A DNA stretch of 64,000 nucleotides, taken from IMG/VR virus record IMGVR_UViG_3300028887_000113. One strand, written 5' to 3'. Each line of letters begins with the position of its first letter. Within the stretch, counting starts at the first letter, position 1. The notes below the pieces were generated by a model. The model saw only the letters and a list, made by a program, of their open reading frames with translations. It was not told where the DNA came from and did not search any database. This document shows positions 1 to 9,742 of this stretch, in pieces. A program made the position numbers and the translations under genes. This DNA comes from an uncultured virus (IMG/VR IMGVR_UViG_3300028887_000113). Lineage: Duplodnaviria > Heunggongvirae > Uroviricota > Caudoviricetes.

Positions 1-117
1 CCTGATGGAAACTTTAAGCTCGAATACTCGACAGACTTGCGTCTGCCGTCTGGCCTTCGTTGCGGACATGCTCGCCCGTATCTTGGCCTTCGTATCTTCG
101 CTTCTTACAAGTTCCAT
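1..117 (-). CDS. tnpB: N-terminus of a probable TnpB (IS200/IS605 family), running off the window edge
   Basis: Manual translation gives MELVRSEDTKAKIRASMSATKARRQTQVCRVFELKVSIR, resembling the 'K..I..T..RR..Q...V..LK' N-terminus of one TnpB clade. An IS605-type hairpin lies upstream at 218-262. Confidence 0.6.
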   Translation of the reverse strand, partial: MELVRSEDTKAKIRASMSATKARRQTQVCRVFELKVSIR

Positions 118-270
118 ATTTAAATTATTGACTTCGCTTAAAGTTTATAACTATCCAACTCAAATATAATATGATTTAGTAGTCTTGTTATGTAATTTAT
201 TTCTTACATTCACAATTGGCGGGTCTTACCCACACCCTAAAGGGTGTGAGCTTGCGACCGCCTCTTTGTC
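1..270 (-). mobile_element. Left end of an IS200/IS605-family element (partial)
   Basis: Perfect hairpin CACACCCT-AA-AGGGTGTG (231-248) inside an imperfect outer stem GGCGGGTC/GACCGCC (218-262). The minus strand reads GCAAGCTCACACCCTTTAGGGTGTGGG. Confidence 0.6.
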
Positions 271-293
271 AGATGTTGACGCCATAGGAACTC

Positions 294-1424
294 CTAGTTG
301 CTATACTGGTACATCGGCATGCCGACGTCACCGAAGGCACCGTTCATACGACCGACATACTGACCGTTCTGCATGGCGACCGACGCATCCTCTATGCAAG
401 GGGCTATCGGAGTCATGTTGCTGTATTCGGCCTTCAGCTGGGCTTCCTTCAGCATTTCCAGCTGCTGGTGACGGTCATATATCTCGGAGTTGATCCACAT
501 GTGGGTCGGACGGACATGCGTATTCAGCTTCATCACCTGTTCCAGCGCCTTGACTACCTTATGATAGTTCTGTCTGGCATACTGGTACTTTGCACGGTAA
601 TAGTATCCTTCCGGACGGTCTGGAAGCTCATTAATAAGCATCATGGAACGTTCGTCCAGCAAATCCAACAAGTTCTCCCTCAATGCGATGTCGCAGATTG
701 CTTCCATCGCCTTGGCCCGTTCCTCGTTTGTGAAGTCCGGAAACTCGTCCACCGTGATGATGTACCAGTCAAGTGCGGTAAAGAAGTCGTTCATGTCCCT
801 TGCGGAGTTGCCCATGTAGAAGGCGATGCGCTGGGTATGCTCCTTGCGCCATTCCTTCATCAGGCCCTTCACGTTACGGGCGATGTCACGGCATGTCTTC
901 ACGTTGCGGATACGGAACCTCGTAGTGACGATGAAGTTCTCCGGATCTTCGTTGACCATATACTCATGTATAGAGCCAATGAACTTGGCATACTTCCTCG
1001 GAGCGATTCGGACACGCGGGAATGCGAACGAGGGATCCACCTCGGTCAGCATCGTGATGCAAGCGTGCGGCAGCTTCCTAGTAATCTTGTCAAAGGCAAT
1101 ACGAACTTCGTTAGCCTTCAGAACCTCGTCATTCACGTCAATCCACATGACATAATCGCACGTGGCTCTTGAAATAGCGTAGTTCTTTGCTGCACCGAAA
1201 TCGAATATATTGTCGTCGTCATGGAACTTGCGTCCTACGTTGACAAGAACGATACGGGTGTTCGGATGCCTTGTAGCCCAGCCCTTGATAAGCTCAAGCG
1301 TACCGTCCTTGGAACCCGTGTCGACAATGACGTACTCGTTTATAAGCGGAAGTAAAGCGTCGAGACACCTCACGACGCTTTTCTTTCCGTTACGGACAAC
1401 TATACAGCCACTGAGTGTAGCCAT
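294..1424 (-). CDS. Glycosyltransferase family 2 with TPR-like C-terminus
   Basis: GT-A motifs CIVVRNG, VIVDTGSKDGT, DFGAAKNYAI, WIDVNDE and GSIHE, followed by a helical TPR-like region (RPEGYYYRA). Confidence 0.85.
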   Translation of the reverse strand: MATLSGCIVVRNGKKSVVRCLDALLPLINEYVIVDTGSKDGTLELIKGWATRHPNTRIVLVNVGRKFHDDDNIFDFGAAKNYAISRATCDYVMWIDVNDEVLKANEVRIAFDKITRKLPHACITMLTEVDPSFAFPRVRIAPRKYAKFIGSIHEYMVNEDPENFIVTTRFRIRNVKTCRDIARNVKGLMKEWRKEHTQRIAFYMGNSARDMNDFFTALDWYIITVDEFPDFTNEERAKAMEAICDIALRENLLDLLDERSMMLINELPDRPEGYYYRAKYQYARQNYHKVVKALEQVMKLNTHVRPTHMWINSEIYDRHQQLEMLKEAQLKAEYSNMTPIAPCIEDASVAMQNGQYVGRMNGAFGDVGMPMYQYSN

Positions 1425-1951
1425 TAGTCCTCGACGATCATCGGGTCGAGGGCAGCAATGATCTGGAAGCCGTTGCCGTCGACGATTTCCGGGATTTCTG
1501 ACAGCTTTACCGTCTTGATGGCAAAATCGTCCTCTTCGTCCAGGAATTCGTTGCGCTTCTGGTCAATGGAGGCGACTTCGTCAAGCAAGTCCTTGTTCTT
1601 GTCGCGGAGTTCGTTGACACGAGCAATCAGGAGTTCGCGCTTCTCGACAGGCATGACTGTCGGGTCGGACGAGTTGAGAATACTGTCGCGTTCCTGGTTG
1701 GAAAGCTGGCTGAATCCTTCCTTGACCGATTCGCCTACCTCGTTAAGAATAGCGATACGATTGTTTTCGTATTCGTCCCACTGCGGCGGATACGGATTCG
1801 CCTCCACGGAAAGCTTGTATTCTTCCTTTGCGAGTTCACGGTTCTTCACCACGGCATAGTAGAACTTTCCGGTGATGGGTGCCTTGAACAGATTTTCGGC
1901 TTGCATGAGAACAAAACCGAGATCGATAACCTTACGACGTGAAATTTTCAT
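1424..1951 (-). CDS. Hypothetical protein (coiled-coil)
   Basis: 175-aa ORF with RBS AAGGA, translationally coupled to the glycosyltransferase. Confidence 0.7.
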   Translation of the reverse strand: MKISRRKVIDLGFVLMQAENLFKAPITGKFYYAVVKNRELAKEEYKLSVEANPYPPQWDEYENNRIAILNEVGESVKEGFSQLSNQERDSILNSSDPTVMPVEKRELLIARVNELRDKNKDLLDEVASIDQKRNEFLDEEDDFAIKTVKLSEIPEIVDGNGFQIIAALDPMIVED

Positions 1952-2009
1952 CGTTTGATTCCTTTTTGTTGTTTACTGTTGTTAAATTACTTCATTTCGT
2001 TAAAAATCA

Positions 2010-3236
2010 TTACATAGGCGTGAAAAATACTTCACAACCCATTTCCAAGATGTATATCCCTCTAGGAAGGCATCCAGTTGACCCACTCGTGCCATAACTC
2101 CTAATTTGATTAGAAATAAACCCGCAGTTGATGAACGGTACACTAATTCTCGCAATCGATAACCCTGTGGCAACAGAACCTCTTTCTAATTCATATTGGA
2201 AATTGGTCAACGTATCTGTCAACAAGACCATTGCATATTTTTCTGGTATAGTTTGCGGGGCATCTTGTTGTGGGATATTGCCAAACGTATATTCGCCAAG
2301 ATATTGAATGTTCGGAACGCGATTGCCTTGTATTTTACCCTGTTGTCTAAATCCATATGGAATTGCATTTTTTGGATGATTTTCTCCAGATGGCGTCCAT
2401 TCTACTTGATTATCCAAAGTATCAGATGATACCGGTCCTTGCATTGTCATAAGGCTACTAAATTTGAACGGCGCACAATGCGAATATTGACCCAACATGA
2501 TATCGTCTTTCGTAATATAATTAGCAATATCCGTCGGATATATAAAGTTATATGTATAAGTACTAGTTTGACCTTGATTACGATTAAACAAGGATGAATC
2601 AAATAGTACTAACGCATATGTCACCATATCAATCCTATATTGTTGGCTATAGTTCGCTACATATAATGCCGTAAGATCAGGTGCTGGTGAGTACGCAGTA
2701 TTCGTTGTCACCAACGGAATAACTGGACGCACATGTGCATCACTTGGCAAAGTTGTCCAAGTAAGACCAGGAAAATTTGTTTGGTCTGCATAAGTCCACT
2801 TATTTTGACCATAAATTAACGCATCATCATATGGCGTCATCAATGATGCTGCACATGAAGGCTCCTCATTTACTGGTGCATCTGCCGTGGCAAAATGTAA
2901 TAATCTTTTTTTCGCATATTCAGTAGCGGCTGCTGTATTTTGAGCTGCACATATTTGCGGAATATTCGATTTATACGCGGTCTCATATCGAGCAGTATAT
3001 GCAGCGACACATCGTTTACCTGTACTATCTGGGTAGGGGTTATGAACATACGTATTATTGGTACCAGCCTTTGGAAAGACGAACATCCGATTTCCTCGAA
3101 CACCACCAACATCCTCTTGATAATACACGTTAGATGTAGAGCATTGCTGATATCTCCAATCAGCGGCTAACCCAGGATATTCGGCTATAGAAAACCTAGG
3201 CCGCATACCATATGCAGGATCATATGCAAATACCAT
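2010..3236 (-). CDS. Hypothetical protein, probably tail-fibre or receptor-binding associated
   Basis: 408-aa AT-rich ORF rich in T/Y/N/P, directly downstream of the long fibre-like gene. Confidence 0.55.
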   Translation of the reverse strand: MVFAYDPAYGMRPRFSIAEYPGLAADWRYQQCSTSNVYYQEDVGGVRGNRMFVFPKAGTNNTYVHNPYPDSTGKRCVAAYTARYETAYKSNIPQICAAQNTAAATEYAKKRLLHFATADAPVNEEPSCAASLMTPYDDALIYGQNKWTYADQTNFPGLTWTTLPSDAHVRPVIPLVTTNTAYSPAPDLTALYVANYSQQYRIDMVTYALVLFDSSLFNRNQGQTSTYTYNFIYPTDIANYITKDDIMLGQYSHCAPFKFSSLMTMQGPVSSDTLDNQVEWTPSGENHPKNAIPYGFRQQGKIQGNRVPNIQYLGEYTFGNIPQQDAPQTIPEKYAMVLLTDTLTNFQYELERGSVATGLSIARISVPFINCGFISNQIRSYGTSGSTGCLPRGIYILEMGCEVFFTPM

Positions 3237-3245
3237 ACTACAAAC

Positions 3246-6200
3246 CTACCTGAAATAGATGACGCCAACATTCTGTCCATTAGGATCGGCACTGATGCCA
3301 TAACTACACTCAGCTACAGTATTAGCCTGACTAAACCATACTGGACGTTCAGCCGAGCCAGCTGCGGAAATTGTTGCACCACCTCCGCCAGATGTTATAT
3401 AAGTTGACTCAAAAGTATTCCAACCATCATTTTTAGTATATTCTACACAAACATATTTAAACCGAATATTAGCCGCATCAGTTGTATCTCTCATTATGGC
3501 ACTATAAACATATTTATTACCAGTATATACCGAAGTCACAATCTGGCTCAACCTGAGCAAACCCCTGTCACTAGTTTGACTGTCACCTAGTCTCCAATTA
3601 AATGCAATATCAGCACCATCATCTAATGCTTGGTTCATTTGCTGTTTTGTCCACCATTCATTGTTTATATCTATATTAGATATGATGGCAGATATATAAT
3701 GTATTTCAAGAGACCATGCACTTACAACATATTGACTATCCTCAATTTGTACAGTAAACGTTGCTTTATAGAGACGTGATATAATGCTATCCGAATTTGG
3801 ATGTAACGGCTCTTGTACAACCTTACTAAATACATATTCTGTAGTTTCGTGCGGGTACTCATAAGAACCAGTAAACGGTAATATAAGCTCTGCAGCTCGT
3901 GGCAATGTCGCGTCCGTCGAATCAATATATACAGAAACCGCGTAACCGGACTTAATACAGTTCCATGCGTATTCTGCGCCAGTCGACGTATAAGGCACCG
4001 TAGTTTTCATTGGACATGACGACCATATTACTGACTGAATTGTTGGTGTAGATACTCGATTATATACACGGCAGTGAAATGCGTAATCTCTCTCAACACA
4101 TTGGAATTCAAAATAATGGTCCGAAGTCGGAACACCTAGTCGCGGGTCCGGCTGATATACATAAGTTAGCATGTAATATTTATCACCATTATAGTCTATA
4201 CGGTGTTTAATGTACGGTATATAACCCTCATCATACACTTTTTTTATGTTTTCATAAGTTAACGACAACTGACCATCATGAATTTGTTTCAGTAAATGTG
4301 ACTCTAAGTCTTTCGTTATACTTACTGACTTAGAACCGGAACTAGTATACGATGCGGTTAATGTCAACAGCATCGGAGTACCGTTCACTCTGCTAGTAAA
4401 GTACAGTGACATGCCATCGTACTTACTAAATGTCCAATAGGTCGACTTATAATTCGCATCTAGAGGGTCGTACAAAATAACTTGTTTTTTCGGTTCTGGA
4501 CTGTATGTGGAAATATCTAATGTACTGATAAGAGTATCATAGAAGCCAACATAGTCATTCTCATTCGTAGGAATCGCCATATATATCGCAGACGAACCCG
4601 TACCTGAGCCAGAGTCAGACGATACCTTACCCAACCCTACATGCAGAGTACCATCCAATTCCTGCTTATCCTGGACAACCAAGGCCATCCCAGCAAACGG
4701 AGAATCCACTTGCAAGTGATGCACACCGTCGGAGCAGTAGTTATCGTACAGATCAAACGTACCGTTCGCGTTAACCAATTTATTCGGCTTGCTCGTCGGC
4801 TGGTCATCTTGCAGATATACAATGTTACGCACATTGTTCAAATTTGGTGTATACATATTCTGGATATGATCCCCACCAAGCTTTTCGATCAATTCGCTCA
4901 CGTTTGCCGATGAGCTTAAATCGTTATCCCAGCAACCACGCATACCAATTTTCATCAGCATGAAGTTAGAGTCTGCCGTTCCATAACCACCCAGTGCAAT
5001 ACCACCAGAATAAATCATCGGTGCCTTGCACGGCTGGTATAAATCAGACGCACTATAATCAGACCATCCATTACTGTACTTATTAGCTGCACCGTACCAG
5101 TCCGCATAACCGTACTGATATGGGTTTCGACCAACAAACGCGAATACATCACTGAACTCTAACCGATTAGTAGTTGTCCATCGCGACGCAAGGAAATTGC
5201 GTGACGATGCTTGATAATATCCATCACCAGAATATTTAAGATTAGACTCATACGGGATTGACGTTGACGTCTGGTGTCCAATCCACCACACGTTATTAAA
5301 TTTACCCGACGGAGTATTAACTTGTAAATCACCTTGCTGGGTTCCCCAATCATTATGTACTCGCTGACTTTCCGCATCATTAACGAAGCAGTTTGCATAT
5401 GTAATGTTAGCTGACGTACTGTCATTTCCGATGATAACGGTATTACGGCTTCCTTGACCCGGATTATTATAGTTACCAATCATTATCATATTTGACAACA
5501 TGTTACCAGGCTGTAGCGTAGACGTTAGAAATGCTGGATTTGCTTGCGGATTATATGAGCATGACCAATCTGCATTTGGATTTTCAACATACTGTCCGGT
5601 CGTAGTATCTAGAATATAGCGTCCATATGTGATATATAAGCAAGCACCATGTACTTCTCGTGTGAAATTAACCGATCCATTTTTACTCATAGCAGATATA
5701 GTGCCTTCACCGACCACAATCGCCGTATCATAACGAGTTTTACCGTCTGGAGTCATGTAGTCAAACGAATGATCATCATCAGCCACCGTAGTCGTACTAT
5801 ACTTCGCATTAAATTCATCCACAGACAATATTTTTTGCGGGATGCGTTGCGGTGCTAATCGACTCGTCTCAGTTGCACCATAACCACTATTATTATTATT
5901 ACCGATAATAATAGAGTTGCATACATCATAATGTAAATGGTTCTGTGTTCCAAGATTAAGTATCGATTTAATCTGTCGTCCAATCGTATTTGTACGGCCA
6001 GAAACAACTGAGTACAAAATTCCACCAGTTTCAACACCGGTATCAATGACCGTCGTAGAAGAACTATTATATGTGGCATCCGCATTAATAGCGGCAATAA
6101 GATCAGCTCGTCCGATATCGACCCGATCTCCAGTAGACCAACCGTCAGTGAATATCAATGAATATTGAGCCCATCCATACATATTGATGCCACCAGATAG

Positions 6201-8363
6201 CAAGCTGTATGTAATCGGGGTATCCACCATCGTACGGTACAGTGGATTTAATTCACTACGGTCAGTATTATATACACTTATACGACCAATACCGATAGTG
6301 TCATTTACCGCATGGTCGACAAAGCTTCCCTTATCAGCAAATGAATTTCCCTCGCTTTCAATCCACAAACTGCTACGCATTTGCTCGATTTCAGCTGTAT
6401 CGTCCGCCATTATAATCGAGTTACTACTGTTGTCGATACAAATATGTTCATTCAATTCATCGGCATCATCATATATAGGACGTTCGCCCAATAGCAAAAT
6501 CTTACTGGTGTTAGGCCCAATAATTCCGTTGTTGCTCATATTGACAGACAACCTACCCATCGTAGCACTAGAGGTACCTAGTCCCATGGAATAGTCGCCA
6601 ACAATACTACTATATGCATCAATCATTTTAGGTGCAGTCGAGGTCGGATCATCCTCATAACGGACAATGCTGGGATCATTTTCATCACGGACAAGAGTAC
6701 GACCATTTCGTTTGTATACGGTAATCTGATTATCTTCTTGATGAGTATACACACCACGAACAGCGCCGTTTCCAACCATGACAGAGTCAACAATGTTCTT
6801 CAAGTAATTGTGCGTATGTCCAACCAAAGCATAGCGGTCTCCGTCGTCTCCCATGCCACATGCCGAATTGTTATTTACTAAATCAGCAATCTGCTGGCGA
6901 AGATAATTGACTTCGACGCCAAGCGTAGTCACCGCTTCAGCAGCGCTGGCATTTGCAATCAGCTGGTTCTTGTACCACGTAATCGCATCGCTTTCGTATA
7001 GGTTGTAATAGATGCCAGCGTCATCAACAATACCGGTATCAACGACATCAATCTGGAAACTCACGTCATACGTATGCGTACCGTTTTCAGACAACACAAC
7101 CGGCGAATCCAAGTCCATAACGGCGAACAGCTTCGGCTTGCTGTTTCCGGCAATCTGCATCTGCACCAGGTTACGTTCGCACTTGTTATCAGAAGTCTCC
7201 GGAGCCTTGTAAGCATGCAGAGACACAGGTACTGCATAGATACCGATACGATTAAACTTGAACCCAAGACGATACGAGTTAAGCTCCTTCTGATCTTCTG
7301 CATCGTTAGGATTAAGTACAACGCCGTCCTTATAATATACGGTAGAATTCCTGGTCACATCGGTAAATAACTGACGTAAGTCGACTTTAATGGTGTACTT
7401 GACATTCTCGACCTTATTGTCATCCAGAGTATTGATTACGTCGTAATGGGATATCGGGAACAGTCTGGTAGCCAGTGACATGTTGCGGCACGCCGGTTCA
7501 TAATTTACCGCGTTTCCGCTCGCATTGGCAGCGCCATGGAACCGGTTAAAGTTCGACACGCTCTGGTATTGCCATGCTTGCGGTAAATACTTGAACCTGG
7601 CCACCGGGTCGCCATAGGTATATCCCTCGCTTGCCGAGTAGCTGTACTTGTCCGTATTTCCTTCCCAGGTCGACTCATCGATACTGGGCTGAGGAAGCGT
7701 ATTGTCTGACATGCTGATGATACGTGTGTCGGCAGTAATTAAGTGGGAAGGGGTATCCTCTTCGCCACGGCTAGCATTTGTCACGTTATTGACAGCGTTA
7801 TCGATGGACTGCTGTGTGACGACCGGATTATCCCATGCGGACGGTTCGCCCATGTAGTACAGAGGTGCCGGAACCGGGAGTTCCGACGCAGCGGCAACCA
7901 TGCCGTTGTCCTTCTTGGCACCTACGCCAAAATATTCTGTATATTTCTGCAAACCGTACGGAAAGTCGTTACCCTTTACCGGGGTACCGTCTTCGTTCAC
8001 TGATTCAAAGACAATCAGCTTGTTAGATCCGGTGGAATCGAGGACATAGCGGAACTTGCTGATTACGCTGCCGGAATACATGCATTCGTTGTACAGCTTG
8101 CTTGCAGCCGAGTCACCAATGTCGGTATCGAATCCAGTCTGAGTCATAGCTCCCTGGAACACGTTGTAGATGACGTCACCAGTTGTAGTCAGTTCAGTCA
8201 TTCCAGCATGAATCGGGTCAGCTACCTGACTTCCGTCTTCCGATTCCCGGTTCTCATCGGGGACATAGGCCAAACCAAAGTAGCCAAGCCAGTACTGAAC
8301 GGTTCCGTCAGCACGGGTCTGGTTCATGATATTCAATCCGTTGTTGGTGATTAATGACTTCAT
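3246..8363 (-). CDS. Large tail-fibre/baseplate-associated virion protein
   Basis: 1705 aa. N-terminus 'MKSLITNNGL' resembles baseplate-attachment domains. It has an ALVGHTHNY fibre motif, beta-helix-like NSIIIG repeats and a late promoter at 8393. Confidence 0.65.
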   Translation of the reverse strand: MKSLITNNGLNIMNQTRADGTVQYWLGYFGLAYVPDENRESEDGSQVADPIHAGMTELTTTGDVIYNVFQGAMTQTGFDTDIGDSAASKLYNECMYSGSVISKFRYVLDSTGSNKLIVFESVNEDGTPVKGNDFPYGLQKYTEYFGVGAKKDNGMVAAASELPVPAPLYYMGEPSAWDNPVVTQQSIDNAVNNVTNASRGEEDTPSHLITADTRIISMSDNTLPQPSIDESTWEGNTDKYSYSASEGYTYGDPVARFKYLPQAWQYQSVSNFNRFHGAANASGNAVNYEPACRNMSLATRLFPISHYDVINTLDDNKVENVKYTIKVDLRQLFTDVTRNSTVYYKDGVVLNPNDAEDQKELNSYRLGFKFNRIGIYAVPVSLHAYKAPETSDNKCERNLVQMQIAGNSKPKLFAVMDLDSPVVLSENGTHTYDVSFQIDVVDTGIVDDAGIYYNLYESDAITWYKNQLIANASAAEAVTTLGVEVNYLRQQIADLVNNNSACGMGDDGDRYALVGHTHNYLKNIVDSVMVGNGAVRGVYTHQEDNQITVYKRNGRTLVRDENDPSIVRYEDDPTSTAPKMIDAYSSIVGDYSMGLGTSSATMGRLSVNMSNNGIIGPNTSKILLLGERPIYDDADELNEHICIDNSSNSIIMADDTAEIEQMRSSLWIESEGNSFADKGSFVDHAVNDTIGIGRISVYNTDRSELNPLYRTMVDTPITYSLLSGGINMYGWAQYSLIFTDGWSTGDRVDIGRADLIAAINADATYNSSSTTVIDTGVETGGILYSVVSGRTNTIGRQIKSILNLGTQNHLHYDVCNSIIIGNNNNSGYGATETSRLAPQRIPQKILSVDEFNAKYSTTTVADDDHSFDYMTPDGKTRYDTAIVVGEGTISAMSKNGSVNFTREVHGACLYITYGRYILDTTTGQYVENPNADWSCSYNPQANPAFLTSTLQPGNMLSNMIMIGNYNNPGQGSRNTVIIGNDSTSANITYANCFVNDAESQRVHNDWGTQQGDLQVNTPSGKFNNVWWIGHQTSTSIPYESNLKYSGDGYYQASSRNFLASRWTTTNRLEFSDVFAFVGRNPYQYGYADWYGAANKYSNGWSDYSASDLYQPCKAPMIYSGGIALGGYGTADSNFMLMKIGMRGCWDNDLSSSANVSELIEKLGGDHIQNMYTPNLNNVRNIVYLQDDQPTSKPNKLVNANGTFDLYDNYCSDGVHHLQVDSPFAGMALVVQDKQELDGTLHVGLGKVSSDSGSGTGSSAIYMAIPTNENDYVGFYDTLISTLDISTYSPEPKKQVILYDPLDANYKSTYWTFSKYDGMSLYFTSRVNGTPMLLTLTASYTSSGSKSVSITKDLESHLLKQIHDGQLSLTYENIKKVYDEGYIPYIKHRIDYNGDKYYMLTYVYQPDPRLGVPTSDHYFEFQCVERDYAFHCRVYNRVSTPTIQSVIWSSCPMKTTVPYTSTGAEYAWNCIKSGYAVSVYIDSTDATLPRAAELILPFTGSYEYPHETTEYVFSKVVQEPLHPNSDSIISRLYKATFTVQIEDSQYVVSAWSLEIHYISAIISNIDINNEWWTKQQMNQALDDGADIAFNWRLGDSQTSDRGLLRLSQIVTSVYTGNKYVYSAIMRDTTDAANIRFKYVCVEYTKNDGWNTFESTYITSGGGGATISAAGSAERPVWFSQANTVAECSYGISADPNGQNVGVIYFR

Positions 8364-8480
8364 CGAAAAACGTCCAATTTTATACAGAAATTAGTTTATA
8401 ATATCGTGCAGAGAAAACTTCCAACCAGCGCCTCTAGGCGCTGGGGAACACTTCAGGGTGGCAGATGATAGGCGCGGAAC

Positions 8481-8515
8481 TTGACAAAAAAAATTAATTT
8501 AACTATTTATAAACT
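8481..8515 (+). promoter_or_regulatory. Sigma70-like promoter overlapping a phage late promoter upstream of tnpB
   Basis: TTGACA (8481-8486), 17 nt, TATTTA (8504-8509); ATAAACT at 8509-8515. Confidence 0.6.
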
Positions 8516-8540
8516 ATATAAAGATTAGAACTATTGAACC

Positions 8541-9701
8541 ATGTTTCCGCGTGCCTATAACGTCAGACTGTATCCTAACAAGCAGCAAGAAGTCTTGCTC
8601 GGCAAGACTTTCGGCTGCTGCCGTAAAGTCTACAACTGCATGCTGGAAGTACGCAAGAAATCATACGAGGCGACCGGCAAGCAGTGCCGGTCTAAGCCGA
8701 CAGATTTCTACGGAGAGTTCCCCTTCTTGAAGGAAGTTGACTCGAACGCCTTGACAGCCGAAGTGCTTACGTTGAATACGGCGTTCAAGAACTTCTTCGA
8801 GCGGAAGGACGACGGAGTCGGCTTTCCGCAGTTCAAGGCGAAGCACCGGGACAAGGATTCGTATACGAGCTACCGAACGAAGGACAATATCCGCGTAGAA
8901 GGGAGGAAACTCCGCCTACCGAAGGTAGGCTTCGTTCCCTTCCGCAATTACGAAGAGATCGACTGGTCTGTAATGGACATCAAGCACGTGACCGTGTCAC
9001 GGTCACGTGCCGGGAAGTACTATGCTTCAATCTTGGTCGAGGAGACGGTGCCGAAGGCACTGCCGACGACTAATTCAGAAATCGGCATTGATCTTGGATT
9101 GAAGGAATTCTGTGTTACAAGCGACGGCGAATCCGTCGCGAATCCTCGTTTCCTCAAGGAATCAGAAACTCGTATCGCTGACCTTCAGCGAGCGTTTTCC
9201 AAGAAGCAAAAAGGTTCAAAGAGACGAGAGGCATTGCGCGTGCGTATCGCTCGCGAACATGAAAAAGTTGCTAACCGAAGGAAGGATTTCCTTGACAAGC
9301 TGTCTACAAGACTGCTCCGTGAGAACCAAACGGTGGCGGTCGAGGACTTGGACGTACGCGAGGTCGCCGAGGGCGACCACGCGAAGTCCGAGCATGACAC
9401 GGCTTGGAGGATGTTCCTGAACAAACTACAGTACAAGGCTGAATGGTACGGAAGAACCATCGTCCGGGTAGGACGATGGTTTCCCTCGTCTCAGCTATGT
9501 CACTGCTGTGAGTTCAAGAATACGTTGACAAAGGACTTGAATGTACGGTCGTGGACATGTCCGCAGTGCGGCACGTCGCACGACCGTGACGTTAATGCTG
9601 CCATCAACATCCTTACCGAAGGTAAAAGATTATTCGCCGCAGGGACTGCGGTTAAAGGCGCGGGAAACATCGATACGCAACGCGAAGCGCAACGCCTTTA
9701 G
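8541..9701 (+). CDS. tnpB: RNA-guided endonuclease TnpB
   Basis: HTH start RAYNVRLYPNKQQ...FGCCRKVYN, RuvC triad GIDLG / VAVEDL / DRDVNAA, zinc ribbon CHCC...CPQC. Confidence 0.95.
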   Translation: MFPRAYNVRLYPNKQQEVLLGKTFGCCRKVYNCMLEVRKKSYEATGKQCRSKPTDFYGEFPFLKEVDSNALTAEVLTLNTAFKNFFERKDDGVGFPQFKAKHRDKDSYTSYRTKDNIRVEGRKLRLPKVGFVPFRNYEEIDWSVMDIKHVTVSRSRAGKYYASILVEETVPKALPTTNSEIGIDLGLKEFCVTSDGESVANPRFLKESETRIADLQRAFSKKQKGSKRREALRVRIAREHEKVANRRKDFLDKLSTRLLRENQTVAVEDLDVREVAEGDHAKSEHDTAWRMFLNKLQYKAEWYGRTIVRVGRWFPSSQLCHCCEFKNTLTKDLNVRSWTCPQCGTSHDRDVNAAINILTEGKRLFAAGTAVKGAGNIDTQREAQRL

Positions 9702-9737
9702 GCGATGCGTAGTTCACTAGTTTCCAAATCGGAACGC
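9634..9737 (+). ncRNA. Cis omega-RNA (reRNA) conserved 3' scaffold plus predicted guide TAGTTTCCAAATCGGAACGC
   Basis: Overlaps the tnpB 3' end and the right end. The scaffold ends at GTAGTTCAC (9717), and blocks are conserved with the copy at 35115-35199. The 5' boundary is unknown. Confidence 0.7.
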
Positions 9738-9742
9738 GTCGA

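Larger units (their letters stand above)
8400..9717 (+). mobile_element. tnpB-only IS200/IS605-family element (IS1341-like)
   Basis: TTTAT at 8395-8399, left hairpin CCAGCGCCT-CT-AGGCGCTGG (8425-8444), tnpB, right hairpin CGCC-TTTA-GGCG and terminal GTAGTTCAC (9709-9717). Confidence 0.8.

Noticed and set aside
2010..8363. Diversity-generating retroelement acting on the fibre genes
   Set aside because: No reverse transcriptase or template/variable repeat pair was seen in this window.
8541..9701. Nuclease-dead TldR-type repressor
   Set aside because: All three RuvC acidic residues are present.
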